From the NCBI GenBank assembly GCA_963833225.1, contig CAWHXD010000006.1:192001-256000 (forward strand): DNA of 64,000 nucleotides. The letters are read 5' to 3'. Shown here in pieces: positions 21,776-32,878 of the stretch. The DNA comes from an uncultured Chloroflexia bacterium. Lineage in GTDB: Bacteria; Chloroflexota; Limnocylindria; Limnocylindrales; CSP1-4. Position 1 is the first letter of the stretch, and each line of letters starts with the position of its first letter. A program made the position numbers and the translations under genes. A model generated the notes under the pieces. The model was not told where the DNA came from. It worked only from the letters and a program-made list of their open reading frames with translations, and ran no database searches.

Positions 21776-24169
21776 ATGTCCGGCACAACCCCGACCCATC
21801 CCAGCGCCCTCTCCGCCGACGAGTTGGGGCGCATCGACGCCTACTGGCGGGCCGCCAACTATCTCTCCGTCGGCCAGATCTACCTGCTCGACAACCCGCT
21901 GCTGCGGACCGCCCTCGAGCCCGCGCACGTCAAGCCGCGGCTCCTCGGCCACTGGGGCACGACCCCGGGTCTCAACCTGATCTACGCGCACATGAACCGC
22001 GTGATCAAGCGCAACGACCTCGACGCGATCTACGTGATCGGGCCTGGGCACGGGGGGCCCGCGATCGTCGCCAACGCGTACCTCGAAGGCACCTACACGG
22101 ACGTCTACCCCTCGATCACGCGCGACGAGGAGGGGATGCGGAAGCTGTTCCGCCAGTTCTCGTTCCCGGGCGGGATCCCGAGCCACGTGGCGCCCGAGAC
22201 GCCAGGCTCCATTCACGAGGGCGGCGAGCTCGGGTACGCGCTGTCGCACGCCTACGGCGCCGCGTTCGACAACCCGAACCTGCTGGTATGTGCCGTGGTC
22301 GGCGACGGTGAGGCCGAGACGGGTCCGCTGGCAACGAGCTGGCACAGCAACAAGTTCCTCAGCCCGGTCCGTGACGGCGCCGTGCTCCCGATCCTGCACC
22401 TCAACGGCTACAAGATCGCCAACCCGACGGTGCTCGCCAGGATCCCGCGCGCCGAGCTGGCCGCGTTGATGGAGGGCTACGGCCACACGCCGTACTTCGT
22501 GGAGGGCGACGATCCGGCCGACGTCCACCAGCAGCTCGCCGCGACGCTGGACACGGTCGTCGCCGAGATCGGCGAGATCCAGCGGCGGGCCCGCGAGGAC
22601 GGCGTCACCGAACGCCCTCGCTGGCCAATGATCGTGCTCCGGACGCCCAAGGGCTGGACAGGCCCCAGGGAGATCGACGGCAAGCCTGTCGAGGGGACGT
22701 GGCGATCACACCAGGTCCCGATGGGCGAGGTGCGCACGAACGCCGAGCACCGCGCGATCCTCGAGACGTGGATGCGGAGCTACCGGCCCGAGGAGCTGTT
22801 CGATGACCATGGACGGCTTCGTCCGGACCTCGCCGAGCTGGCCCCCACCGGGACCCGGCGCATGAGCGCGAACCCCGTTGCCAATGGTGGCGAGCTCTTG
22901 CGGGACCTGATCCTTCCCGACTTCCGCGACTACGCCGTCGACGTGCCGGCACCGGGCGGCACGGACGCGGAAGCCACCCGCGTGCTCGGAGCGTTCCTCC
23001 GTGACGTCATCGATCGCAACCGCGACACGTTCCGCCTGTTCGGCCCCGACGAAACGCAGTCGAATCGTCTCGGGGCGGCGTTCGAGGTGACGGATCGCCA
23101 GTTTGACGCCCAGATCCTGCCGACCGACGAGTTCCAGGCCCCGGAGGGCCGGGTCATGGAGGTGCTCTCGGAGCACCAGTGCCAGGGCTGGCTGGAGGGC
23201 TACCTGCTCACGGGCCGGCACGGCCTGTTGAACTGCTACGAGGCGTTCATCCACATCGTCGATTCGATGTTCAACCAGCACGCGAAGTGGCTCAAGGTCA
23301 CCCGCGACATCGCCTGGCGCCGCCCGGTCGCGTCGTTGAACTACGTCCTCTCCTCGCTCGTCTGGCGGCAGGATCACAACGGCTTCTCCCACCAGGATCC
23401 GGGGTTCATCGACCATGTCGTCAACAAGAAGGCCGACGTCATCCGGGTCTACCTCCCACCCGACGCGAACACGCTGCTGTCCGTCGGCGACCACTGCCTC
23501 CGGAGCCGGAACTACGTCAACGTCATCGTGGCCGGCAAGCAGCCGAGCCCCAACTGGCTGACGATGGACCAGGCGATCCTGCACTGCACCCGCGGCATCG
23601 GGATCTGGGACTGGGCAAGCAATGATCAGGACGGTGAGCCAGACGTCGTGATCGCCGCTGCGGGCGACGTCCCCACGCTGGAGGCCCTGGCGGCGGTGGA
23701 CCTCATCCGCCAGCACCTGCCGGACCTGCGGGTCCGATTCGTGAACGTCGTGGACCTGATGCGGCTCCAGGACGAGAAGGAACACCCCCACGGCCTCTCG
23801 AACCCCGAGTTCGACGCCCTGTTCACGCAGGACAAGCCGATCGTCTTTGCCTACCACGGCTACCCGTGGCTGATCCACCGCCTCACGTACCGCCGGACCA
23901 ACCACGCGAACATGCACGTCCGCGGCTACAAGGAGGAGGGGACCACGACCACGCCGTTCGACATGGTGATGCTCAACGACCTCGACCGGTACCACCTCGT
24001 GATCGACGTGATCGACCAGGTGCCGGGGCTCGGGCCCCGCGCGGGCCACGTTCGCCAGCTGATGGTCGACAAGCGGATCGAGGCCCGCGCCTATACGCGG
24101 CGCGAGGGCGAGGACGCACCGGAGATCGCGAACTGGGCGTGGAACCAAGGGGCGGATGGCTCGCGGTAG
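21776..24169 (+). CDS. xfp: Xylulose-5-P/fructose-6-P phosphoketolase
   Basis: [25 protein letters not shown] motif [24 protein letters not shown] and [14 protein letters not shown]. Confidence 0.97.
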   Translation: MSGTTPTHPSALSADELGRIDAYWRAANYLSVGQIYLLDNPLLRTALEPAHVKPRLLGHWGTTPGLNLIYAHMNRVIKRNDLDAIYVIGPGHGGPAIVANAYLEGTYTDVYPSITRDEEGMRKLFRQFSFPGGIPSHVAPETPGSIHEGGELGYALSHAYGAAFDNPNLLVCAVVGDGEAETGPLATSWHSNKFLSPVRDGAVLPILHLNGYKIANPTVLARIPRAELAALMEGYGHTPYFVEGDDPADVHQQLAATLDTVVAEIGEIQRRAREDGVTERPRWPMIVLRTPKGWTGPREIDGKPVEGTWRSHQVPMGEVRTNAEHRAILETWMRSYRPEELFDDHGRLRPDLAELAPTGTRRMSANPVANGGELLRDLILPDFRDYAVDVPAPGGTDAEATRVLGAFLRDVIDRNRDTFRLFGPDETQSNRLGAAFEVTDRQFDAQILPTDEFQAPEGRVMEVLSEHQCQGWLEGYLLTGRHGLLNCYEAFIHIVDSMFNQHAKWLKVTRDIAWRRPVASLNYVLSSLVWRQDHNGFSHQDPGFIDHVVNKKADVIRVYLPPDANTLLSVGDHCLRSRNYVNVIVAGKQPSPNWLTMDQAILHCTRGIGIWDWASNDQDGEPDVVIAAAGDVPTLEALAAVDLIRQHLPDLRVRFVNVVDLMRLQDEKEHPHGLSNPEFDALFTQDKPIVFAYHGYPWLIHRLTYRRTNHANMHVRGYKEEGTTTTPFDMVMLNDLDRYHLVIDVIDQVPGLGPRAGHVRQLMVDKRIEARAYTRREGEDAPEIANWAWNQGADGSR

Positions 24170-24196
24170 CGTCGCTTCCGAGCTCGGAGGGTCCCG

Positions 24197-25315
24197 GTGA
24201 GGGTCCTCGTCGTCAACGCGGGGTCCAGCAGCCTCAAGCTCCGGGTGCTCGACGAGGCGGACGCGATCGTCGCCGAGGCGGACCTGCCGCCGCCGGGCGG
24301 GCCCGACGACGCCACGACACTGATCGGTGCGCTCCCGTCGCTGGGGCCGGTCGAGGCGGTCGGGCATCGCGTGGTCCACGGCGGAACCCGCTATACGGTC
24401 CCGATGCTCGTGGACAGCGGGGTGATCGCCGGGCTCCGGGAGCTGACGGCACTCGCGCCGCTTCATCAGCCCAAGTCACTCGCCGGGCTGGAGGTGATGG
24501 TCACGGCGCTCCCCGGCGTGCCCAACGTCGCCTGCTTCGACACGGCGTTCCACGCCACGATCCCGGCCACCGCGGCGACCTACGCGATCCCCGCGGAATG
24601 GCGCCGCCGGTGGGCCGTCCAGCGCTATGGGTTCCACGGGCTCTCCCACGCCTACGCGTCGCGTCGCGTCGCCGAGCTCCTGGGCCGTGATGCCGATGCC
24701 GACCTGCGGGTCGTCACCTGTCACCTCGGGGCCGGTGCCTCCCTCGCCGCCGTCCGCGGAGGCCGGTCCGTGGACACCACGATGGGCTTCACGCCCCTCG
24801 AGGGACTCGTGATGGCGACCCGCTCCGGGACCGTGGATCCGGGGCTCGTCCTGTGGCTCGCGGAGCACGAGATGGTGCCCGTGGCGGAGATCGCGCACGC
24901 CCTGGAGCACCGGTCGGGCCTGCTCGGCCTGGCCGGGACCGCGGACATGCGGGCGGTGATCGACGGGGCGCAGGCCGGGCACCCCGAAGCGCGCCTGGCC
25001 ATTGACGTCTACGTCCATCGGCTGCGGGCCGGCATTGCCGCCATGGTGGCCTCCCTGGGTGGACTGGATGCGATCGCGTTCACCGGAGGGGTCGGCGAGC
25101 GGTCGCCGGTCACCCGTGCCCTCGCGGCTGACGGGCTCGGGTTCCTCGGCATCGCGCTTGACCCGGTTGCGAACGCCGGCGCCGGCGGCCGTGGCGAGGC
25201 TGCGGACCGTGATGTCTCGGCGGCAGGCGCGAGCGTCCGGGCGTTCGTGATCCCGGCCCGGGAGGACGTCGAGATCGCGCGGGCGGTCCGGTCGGTGCTG
25301 GGGGCTGCGTCCTGA
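24197..25315 (+). CDS. ackA: Acetate/propionate kinase
   Basis: VVNAGSSSLK, GHRVVHGG, FDTAFH, YGFHGLSH, HLGAGAS, TMGFTPLEG and FTGGVGE. Confidence 0.95.
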   Translation: MRVLVVNAGSSSLKLRVLDEADAIVAEADLPPPGGPDDATTLIGALPSLGPVEAVGHRVVHGGTRYTVPMLVDSGVIAGLRELTALAPLHQPKSLAGLEVMVTALPGVPNVACFDTAFHATIPATAATYAIPAEWRRRWAVQRYGFHGLSHAYASRRVAELLGRDADADLRVVTCHLGAGASLAAVRGGRSVDTTMGFTPLEGLVMATRSGTVDPGLVLWLAEHEMVPVAEIAHALEHRSGLLGLAGTADMRAVIDGAQAGHPEARLAIDVYVHRLRAGIAAMVASLGGLDAIAFTGGVGERSPVTRALAADGLGFLGIALDPVANAGAGGRGEAADRDVSAAGASVRAFVIPAREDVEIARAVRSVLGAAS

Positions 25316-25407
25316 GGTTCGGGCACCATGAGGGCCGTTGATCGGGCCGTTCGGCCGTCCCGACAGGCGTCCGGAAGCGCGACGATGCGGGGGATCGGAG
25401 GTCCCCG

Positions 25408-26319
25408 ATGCGCATCTTGCTCGCCGTCGATGGCTCAGCCTGCAGCAACCGGGCCCTGGAGTTGGTCCAGGGCTTCCGCCTATCGCCCGACTCGGTGATC
25501 CGCGTTGTTGCCGTCCACCAGCCGTTGTCCGACACGCTTGCCGTGTCCTGGGCGTCGCCCGGCGGGGACACCTCCACGGGCGGCGAGACCGAGGACGAGG
25601 CGGAGATCCGCGTCCTGCGCGAAGGGGTGGCGCTCGCGGAGGCCGATCTCGCCGACACCGGGGCCACCGTGGAGGGGTTCCTGCTCGAGGGTCGCCCGGG
25701 CACCGCGATCGTCGACGAGGCGGGAGACATGGGCGCGGACCTTGTCGTGGTGGGCAGTCGCGGCCACGGTCGGATCGCCACCATGCTGCTCGGCAGCACC
25801 GCTTCCGAGATCGTCGATCATGCGCCGTGCCCGGTGCTCGTCGCGCGCCACCACCACCTGGCGCCACTGGCGTTCGCGGACGACGGCTCCGCGTCGGCCC
25901 ACCACGCGGAGCAGGTGTTCACGGCCTGGCCGATCTTTGCCGGGATGCCGGTCTCGGTGGTGACGGTCGCGGAGGTCGCCGTCCCGGTCGCGGCCGGGTT
26001 CACCCCCGGCCTCTACGACCAGGTCCTGGAGAGCTACACGAAGTCCGTCGACGAAGCCCGCCGGGAGGTCATGGTGGAGGCGGACAACGAGGCGCATCGC
26101 CTGGCGGACGCGGGCTACCCGGCGACGGCGATCGCGCTCGAGGGCGACCCGGCGACAGAGATCGTCCGGTTCGCCTCGGAGCAGCACGTCGGCGCCATCG
26201 TGATGGGTACCCGCGGGCACACCGGCCTCACCCGTCTGCTCATGGGCAGCGTCGCGCGCAACGTCCTGCTCCATGCCCCGTGCTCGGTGCTGATCGTGCG
26301 GGAGCACGCCAAGCCGTAG
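25408..26319 (+). CDS. Tandem-domain universal stress protein
   Basis: RILLAVDGS, two GSRGHG..LLGS / GTRGHTG..LMGS motifs, and HAPCPVL / HAPCSVL. Confidence 0.92.
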   Translation: MRILLAVDGSACSNRALELVQGFRLSPDSVIRVVAVHQPLSDTLAVSWASPGGDTSTGGETEDEAEIRVLREGVALAEADLADTGATVEGFLLEGRPGTAIVDEAGDMGADLVVVGSRGHGRIATMLLGSTASEIVDHAPCPVLVARHHHLAPLAFADDGSASAHHAEQVFTAWPIFAGMPVSVVTVAEVAVPVAAGFTPGLYDQVLESYTKSVDEARREVMVEADNEAHRLADAGYPATAIALEGDPATEIVRFASEQHVGAIVMGTRGHTGLTRLLMGSVARNVLLHAPCSVLIVREHAKP

Positions 26320-26341
26320 TCACCGGCACAGCGGCGACCGC

Positions 26342-27415
26342 TCAGCGCTGGTCTGCTGCGCGCTCCGCGGCCAGCGCGCCGACGCGCTCGACGAGTCGCC
26401 GAAGGAACGCATCCGCGTCGGCCTCCACCGCCACGTCGGCGTTTGGCGTGCGACCCCAGAGCCTCCTCCAGTCCGCGACCGTCTGCGCGTCCGCAACCCC
26501 GCCAGACGTGTCGACATCGACCGCGGCCCCCTCGGACCGCACCAGGGACGGATCCAGCGCGCAGGCCACGACCAGCGGGTCATGGATGAAGGCACCGTAG
26601 AAGCCGTCGTACCGGGCGTGGAACTCGAAGTAGTAGCGGAGCGCATCGGCGATGAACCGGACGACGGGGACGCTCGCCGATGATGCGCGGGCGGGATTCG
26701 GGGCCTGGCCCGGATCGAGGCCGAGATCGCCCGCGCTCCCGGCGCGGGTGGCCAGCGCGGCCACGTCATCCGGCAGGATCCGCGCCCGCTCGGTCACGTC
26801 GAGGCCCATCAGGAGCGCCCGCGGCAGCTCCGGATCGCCGGCGACCGACGCCTGCCACGCCGCGAGGCAGATCCGGGCCGCCTCCGGGTCGCAATGGATG
26901 TTCCACTCGGTGGTCGGCGTCGTGTTGCCCGGCGCCCGGAACGTGCCACCCATCGCGACCCATCGTCGGAGGAGGCGCGGCAGGCGCGGCTCGGCCAGGA
27001 CGGCGATGGCGAGGTTGGTGAGCGGTCCGAGGGTCACCAGCGTGATCTCGCCGGGCCGCTTGCGAGCCTCGTCCACGATGAGCTGCGGGCCGAACCTCGA
27101 CGAGATCGGTCGAGTCGGCTCGGGCAGCGTGGCGTACCCGATCCCGTGCGGACCGTGCGTCTCCGGCGTGATCTCCAGCGGTCGCAGGAGTGGGACCGGC
27201 CGCCCTGCCGCCACCTCGACATCACCTCGACCGGCGAGCTCGAGGATGGCCCGGGTGTTGCGGGCGACGTCGGTGACCTCGGCGTTGCCGGACAGGCAGG
27301 TGACCCCGACCAGGTCAGCCTCGGGGCTGGCGGCCGCATAGAGGAGGGCCAGGGAGTCATCGATGCCGGTGTCGACATCGAGGATCAGCGGGGTTCGCGC
27401 GTTGTCGGTGCTCAC
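26342..27415 (-). CDS. Inosine/uridine-preferring nucleoside hydrolase
   Basis: LILDVDTGIDD, HGPHGIG, LGPLTNLA, GNTTPTTEWNIHCDPEAA, GLDVT and IHDP; start taken as GTG 27415. Confidence 0.92.
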   Translation of the reverse strand: MSTDNARTPLILDVDTGIDDSLALLYAAASPEADLVGVTCLSGNAEVTDVARNTRAILELAGRGDVEVAAGRPVPLLRPLEITPETHGPHGIGYATLPEPTRPISSRFGPQLIVDEARKRPGEITLVTLGPLTNLAIAVLAEPRLPRLLRRWVAMGGTFRAPGNTTPTTEWNIHCDPEAARICLAAWQASVAGDPELPRALLMGLDVTERARILPDDVAALATRAGSAGDLGLDPGQAPNPARASSASVPVVRFIADALRYYFEFHARYDGFYGAFIHDPLVVACALDPSLVRSEGAAVDVDTSGGVADAQTVADWRRLWGRTPNADVAVEADADAFLRRLVERVGALAAERAADQR

Positions 27416-27456
27416 CCGACCGATGCTAGCGGGATTGGGCGGGCGCCGGGTGCTCG

Positions 27457-28305
27457 TCAGGGCGCCTTGGGCGTCACGGCCCGGCAGCGGTCCCGCACCG
27501 GGCACAGGTCGTGCTTCGGGTTCTGGGCATGGCAGATCACCCGGCCGTGGTGGATCAGCAGGACGTGGGCGGCGTACATCTGGTCGGGCTCCAGCAGCCC
27601 CAGGAACAGGTCGTGCGCCTGGTCCGCGGTGGCCTTGGCCGGGATGAGGCCGATCCGCTTGGACACGCGCTCGACGTGGCGGTCCACGGCCATGACCGGG
27701 GCGCCGAAGCAGAACGCGAGCACGATCGAGGCCGTCTTCTTGCCGATGCCGTCGATGGCGGTCAGCCAGTCCCGGGCCTCGAGCGCGGGCATCTCGCCCA
27801 GGAACGCGAGCGAGTAGTCGCCGCGCTGCTCCCGGATGTGGCGCAGGGTGGCCTGCAGGCGAGGTGCCTTCTGCGGCGCCAGGCCACCGGGGCGGATGAC
27901 GTCGATGAGCTCCGGCAGCGGCGCGTGCTCCACCATCGACCAGTCGGGCGGTGGCTCTGTCGGCAGGCCGCCGCCGCCCCAGCCGATGCCGGGCCGGTGC
28001 TCCTCGGGATCGCGCTCGCTGGGGTAGGCGCGGCGGAGCTGCCCGTACGCCTTCTCGGCGTTCGTGTCCGCGGTGTTCTGGGTGAGGATGGTGAGGATCA
28101 GCTCGCTGGTGGGATCGAGCCGGGCTTCCCAGCGCTGCTCGCCGTACGTGGCCGTGAGCTGCTCCAGCACGTAGCCCTGCAACCCGGGTCGATATCGCCG
28201 CAGGTAGCTCGCCCACCGTCGGACGGGGTCGCCCGATGTCCGGGTGCGCCTGGCAGGCCGCTTCGCGGCGGGCTTGCCGGCCGGAGTCGACGTCGACGGG
28301 CTCAT
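27457..28305 (-). CDS. nth: Endonuclease III / HhH-GPD DNA glycosylase
   Basis: LTILTQNTAD, HhH motif GIGKKTA, AVDRHV, and a C-terminal Cx6Hx2Cx5C Fe-S motif. Confidence 0.85.
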   Translation of the reverse strand: MSPSTSTPAGKPAAKRPARRTRTSGDPVRRWASYLRRYRPGLQGYVLEQLTATYGEQRWEARLDPTSELILTILTQNTADTNAEKAYGQLRRAYPSERDPEEHRPGIGWGGGGLPTEPPPDWSMVEHAPLPELIDVIRPGGLAPQKAPRLQATLRHIREQRGDYSLAFLGEMPALEARDWLTAIDGIGKKTASIVLAFCFGAPVMAVDRHVERVSKRIGLIPAKATADQAHDLFLGLLEPDQMYAAHVLLIHHGRVICHAQNPKHDLCPVRDRCRAVTPKAP

Positions 28306-29405
28306 GAGGCGGTCGTGATCTCGAGCGCGAGCCGCTCGGCTGCCGCCTCCACGGGGGCAACCCCGGCCGAGCGAGCTGTCTCCAGGCTGATGGGTCCCTC
28401 GTGGGCCGCGACGACCCTGACCCCGACCGTCCCCAGCGCCCGGATGCCTTCGGCTGTCGCGCCGCCACCGATCGCGACGCACTGCACGCCAGCGGCCTGC
28501 GCTCGGCGCGCCACGCCCATCGCCGTCTTGCCGAACGCCGTCTGGGCGTCGATCCGGCCCTCGCCGGTGATCACGAGATCCGCCGCCGCGAGCACGTCGT
28601 CGAACCGCGTCTCCGCCATCACGAGGTCGATGCCCGGTTCCAGGCGCAGCGCCGCGAACCGATCCGCCAGGCAGAGCAGCCCGAAGCCGAGCCCGCCCGC
28701 CGCGCCGGCACCGGCGATCTCGCGCTCGCGGCGGCCGGTCGCGGCCTCGAGCGCGTCGGCGAACCGTGCCAGACGGATGTCCAGGGTGATGACTACCTCC
28801 GGTGTTGCCCCCTTCTGGGGTCCATAGATGGCGGCCGCGCCCTCCGGGCCCAACAGTGGGTTGGTCACGTCACAGGCGATCCGGAGCCGGACGTCGGAGA
28901 GCCGCGGATCGAGGTTCGCCAGCTCCACCTGGCCGAGGTCGTCGCTCACGATGGCCCCCAGCGCCCGCAGGACGCCCGCCCCGCCGTCGGTCGTCGCCGA
29001 TCCTCCAATCCCCAGCGCCACGTCGCGGATGCCGGCATCAAGGACCGCGTGGAGCAGCTCACCCGTGCCGCGGGTGGTGGCCCGCATCGCGTCCCGGTCG
29101 TCCGGATCCAGCCGGGAGAGCCCAGAGGCCTGCGCCATCTCCACGAACGCGGCGGCGCCATCGTCACGGGCCAGCCAGGCAGCGCGGATGGTCCGTCCCA
29201 GTGGATCCGTGACGTCGGTCTCGCGGCGGGTCCAGCCACCGGCGGCCTCGATCGCGACCAGGGTGCCTTCGCCGCCATCGGCCAGCGGGGCAAGCCGCAC
29301 GTCGTCGTCTGGGCGCGCTCGGCGCCACCCGGCGGCGATCGCCCGCGCCACCTCGACGCTGGTGAGCGTGCCCTTGTAGGAATCGGGCGCGACCAGGACC
29401 CGCAT
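28302..29405 (-). CDS. glxK: Glycerate kinase (GlxK/GarK family)
   Basis: VAPDSYKGTL, LADGGEGT, GIGGSATTDGG, YGPQKGA, GAGAAGGLG and ITGEGRID. Confidence 0.93.
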   Translation of the reverse strand: MRVLVAPDSYKGTLTSVEVARAIAAGWRRARPDDDVRLAPLADGGEGTLVAIEAAGGWTRRETDVTDPLGRTIRAAWLARDDGAAAFVEMAQASGLSRLDPDDRDAMRATTRGTGELLHAVLDAGIRDVALGIGGSATTDGGAGVLRALGAIVSDDLGQVELANLDPRLSDVRLRIACDVTNPLLGPEGAAAIYGPQKGATPEVVITLDIRLARFADALEAATGRREREIAGAGAAGGLGFGLLCLADRFAALRLEPGIDLVMAETRFDDVLAAADLVITGEGRIDAQTAFGKTAMGVARRAQAAGVQCVAIGGGATAEGIRALGTVGVRVVAAHEGPISLETARSAGVAPVEAAAERLALEITTAS

Positions 29406-29411
29406 GGGTGC

Positions 29412-31334
29412 CTAGTCGCCCGTCCTGGAGATGCCGGTGGCCGCTCGCCGTCGCTCCAGGTACTCCGGGATCCGGATCATGGGCGGCCGCTCGTTGTCGG
29501 CGAGCTCCATCACCTCGAGGCTCAGCCGCCCTCGCCCGGCGCGCGGCAGCTTCATGGTCGATCCCGGCTCGGCGAACAGCCTGGCCCGCCGACGCTCCTC
29601 CAGCCGCTTGGTGACGGCCTGGAGGATGACGAACGACATCCGCGACAGCCCCTCGAGCTCCTGGTTGCGGTGCACCCGGCGCTCCAGGTCCACCTGTCCG
29701 AGGCCTCCCAGGCCGATCTTCTCGGCCACGTCGATCAGATGCCCGATCTCGACCGCGTAGCCCGTGAAGAACGGGAGCTGTTCCAGGAGCGACCGCCGGC
29801 CCGCGTACTCGCCCGACAGCGGCTGGATGAAGCCGGACAGCTCTGGGAAGAACAGGTTGATCAGCGGCCTCGCGACCAGCTCGGTGACGCGACCGCCGCC
29901 TCCCTCCTTGAGCACCCCGCCTTCGACGATGGGGCGCTGGTAGTAGCCCTTGACGTACTGGAGGCGAGGCTCCACGAGCAGCGGGCCAAGCGTCCCGTAG
30001 ACCATCCGGTGGTGCCAGTTGCGGACGTCGGTGTCCGCCCAGATCACGATGTCACCGGTCGACTCGAACAACGACTTCCAGAGCGCCTCGCCCTTGCCGG
30101 CAAACGAGCCGTAGCGCGGCAGGATGTCGGGGTGCTGAACGACGCGGGCGCCTTCGGCGGCGGCGATCGCCCGCGTGTCGTCCGTTGACGCGGAGTCGAT
30201 GACCAGGATCTCGTCAAGGATCGGGTAGCGCTCCTGCATCTCGCGGACCGCCCGGCGCACGATCGGACCGATCGTCTCCGACTCGTTGAGCGTGGGCAGC
30301 ACGAGCGAGACGGTGATCCCCTGCTTCGCCTTGAGGGCGGCCAGCCGCGCGAGATCCGCGAACTCGCTGTGGTGGAAGTTGACCTCCGCGAACCAGCGGT
30401 CCACCTTGACCCGGATCGCTCGCGCCTCGTCGGCGGCACGGTCGGCCGCGGCGAGGCTCTCGGCCTTCTGGACAAGCTGCTCGAACGTCTGGCGACCGAT
30501 GGGCTCGCGCGTCTTGACCACGATCACGGTCGGCTTCGCGCGCTGGGCGATCGCCTCCGGGAGGGCCCCGAACAGCGCGCCGCCGGGCTCCCCGCCGGGG
30601 GCCGAGGCGCCCATCACCACCAGGTCCGCGTGATCCGCCTCGCGCAGGATTGCCGTCCGGACGTTGCCGGCCTCGCGGAGCAGCGGTTCCATGTTCGCGG
30701 TCAGGAATTGACGGGCGAACGCGGCGAGCGCCCGCTCCTCCTGGGCCCGGACGCCCTCGGTCACGCCAACCGGAACCAGGTGCATGACCACGATCGTCGC
30801 GCCGTGACGATTGGCCAGGGCGTCGGCGACGCGCAGCGCCAGCTCCGCGTGGGGACCGCCTCGGACGGGAACCAGGATCCGGCGGATCCGGGTGGCGCCG
30901 CGCTGCTTGACCACGGCGATGTCGCAGGGCGACTTGCGCACGACCTCGTCGATGGTCGGGCTGATCACCGACGCGCCGGGTTCACGGTGCGGCCCGGACT
31001 TGCCGCCCCAGCCGAAGATCATCAGGTCCGCTTCCTGCTCGGCGGCGGCCTCCACGATCCCGGCGGCGGCGTGGCGCCCGATCCGGACCATGGGGTGGAT
31101 CACGGTCCCCTCCGGGACGTAGTCCATCACCTTCTGGAGCAGCCGTCGCGACTGGCGGGCGCGTGTCGCCCCCTCGGACAGCGGCATGCCCTCGGGCACC
31201 TCCACGATGCCCAGGGCGGTGAGCTCACCGGTGCGCTCGTCCATCAGCGCGGCACCGATCCGGATCAGCTCCTCCGCGGTGAGCGGGTTCGCGACCGGGA
31301 TGATGACCCTCGAGGGGAGGGGCGTGATGCTCAC
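29412..31334 (-). CDS. gpgS: USP-USP-glucosyl-3-phosphoglycerate synthase fusion
   Basis: Two USP domains (RVIIPVANP..KSPCDIAVVK; RILVPVRGGPH), then GpgS (VLPTLNESETIG, GKGEALWKSL, WADTD, GGGRVTELVARPL, QPLSGEYA, GYAVEIG). Confidence 0.88.
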   Translation of the reverse strand: MSITPLPSRVIIPVANPLTAEELIRIGAALMDERTGELTALGIVEVPEGMPLSEGATRARQSRRLLQKVMDYVPEGTVIHPMVRIGRHAAAGIVEAAAEQEADLMIFGWGGKSGPHREPGASVISPTIDEVVRKSPCDIAVVKQRGATRIRRILVPVRGGPHAELALRVADALANRHGATIVVMHLVPVGVTEGVRAQEERALAAFARQFLTANMEPLLREAGNVRTAILREADHADLVVMGASAPGGEPGGALFGALPEAIAQRAKPTVIVVKTREPIGRQTFEQLVQKAESLAAADRAADEARAIRVKVDRWFAEVNFHHSEFADLARLAALKAKQGITVSLVLPTLNESETIGPIVRRAVREMQERYPILDEILVIDSASTDDTRAIAAAEGARVVQHPDILPRYGSFAGKGEALWKSLFESTGDIVIWADTDVRNWHHRMVYGTLGPLLVEPRLQYVKGYYQRPIVEGGVLKEGGGGRVTELVARPLINLFFPELSGFIQPLSGEYAGRRSLLEQLPFFTGYAVEIGHLIDVAEKIGLGGLGQVDLERRVHRNQELEGLSRMSFVILQAVTKRLEERRRARLFAEPGSTMKLPRAGRGRLSLEVMELADNERPPMIRIPEYLERRRAATGISRTGD

Positions 31335-32745
31335 CGGGGCGCTTCCCGCGCGGTGCCCGGTCGCTTGGCCGGCGCCGCGTCCAGCGCGTGCCAGCGGTCC
31401 ACCAGGTACGGCTTGAGGAGCTCGAACTGGCGGGCCTGGCGCTCCACCCGCTCCTCGGCGTCGGCGGTGGTCAGGTGGCGGTTCTCGATCACGAAGCTCC
31501 CGACTCGTCCGAAGTAGATCGGCACCAGCGCGGCCACCATCGCCCCCGTGTCCAGGACGCCCCGGCGGGTCGCGATGATCAGGTCGTACATCACCCGCGC
31601 CCACAGCTCGTCCGGGAAATGGAACGCCGCCAGGGCCTCCGCCATGTCCGCGGTGGCGACCGGCGTGGTGCCTGCCTCGCCGCCGATGCCCAGCCTGCGC
31701 AGCGCGTCGTCGGCGAGCCGCCCGCCTCCTCGGCGAGCGCGAGGACCATCTCGGCATTGTCCCGCTCGAGCATCGTCCGCCAGGTATCGGCGAGGGCGAG
31801 CGAGCCTCCGTGGAACTCCGACAGCAACCGGATCGAGTTCACCTCCAGCGGGGGCGGGTCGATGATCCGCTCGAACCCGTAGACCGGGATGTCGTGCGAA
31901 CCCCGCACGTCCAGCCAGGCGTCGGCGTGGGAGGCGGCCAGCCGGAGGATCGTGCCCACCACCTGGCGGAACATCGGACCCAGGTCCGAGCCGGGATCCT
32001 TGGGATCGTGGACCTTCGCGCCCAGGCGCGTCTGGCAGACCGCGAACCCGCCCGTCAGCGCCGACGTGGTCATCCAGATGTCGATGCCGAACTTGCTGAT
32101 GTCGTCGGTCCAGTCGTCGAGGGCGAGGTAGTGGCGCACGAGGTCCCCGGAGACGCCGAAGTCACCGCCGATCGGCTGTCGGATCCGATGGCCGTAGAGC
32201 GCCCTGGTGAGCGGGTAGGTGACGGTGTTGGTGATCGTCCCGTCGTACTTGTAGCGCGCGTACAGCGGGGCCGTGTAGTCGTAGCCGCCCTTGAGGATCG
32301 GCCCGGCCAGAAGCTCGATCCACTCGGGCAGGATGGATCGCAGGTCGCTGTCCACGACGACCAGAGCCTGGACCTCGAGGGCCGCCGCCATCTCGAAGAT
32401 CGTCCGCAGGGCGGCGCCCTTGCCACCGATCCCGTCGATCTCGGGATAGGTCAGGGAGACACGGTCGAGCTTGTTGGTCGGCCGCACGAGCAGGATCGAC
32501 TCGACGTAGTCGGGCGGCTCGGTCTCGATCACGACGCGCTGCGTCCCGTCGGGTGAGCCGGCATCGGCGTTCACCAGGACCGGCTTGAGATCCGGGAAGT
32601 ACTGGACCAGGCCCGCGTGCGCCGCGCGGACGACGTAGCCGATGGTCGCGGCGTTCTTGAAGCTCGGGATTCCGACCATGATGTCGGCCCGCCCGAGGCG
32701 TTCGATCTGGTCCCGGATGGCGGGCGTCAGGGTCGATTGGGGCAC
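31331..32745 (-). CDS. GT2 glycosyltransferase, glucosylglycerate synthase (Ggs)-like; frameshifted near the 3' end
   Basis: DIMVGIPSFKNAATI, NADAGSPDGT, GKGAAL, VVDSDLRSI, RYKYDGTITN, RQPIGGDFG and FGIDIWMT; C-terminus (LVPIYFGRV..FELLKPYL) in another frame. Confidence 0.75.
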
Positions 32746-32878
32746 GTCCTCACCCTACCATCCCACACCGTCGTGGGGCACCGTCCGACGACCGGTTCGC
32801 GGGATCGGGCCGTCGATCGACTCCTGCGCCCCTATGATCGCGCCGGGGAACGGAGACGACTTGGAGGGATCCCGCGTC

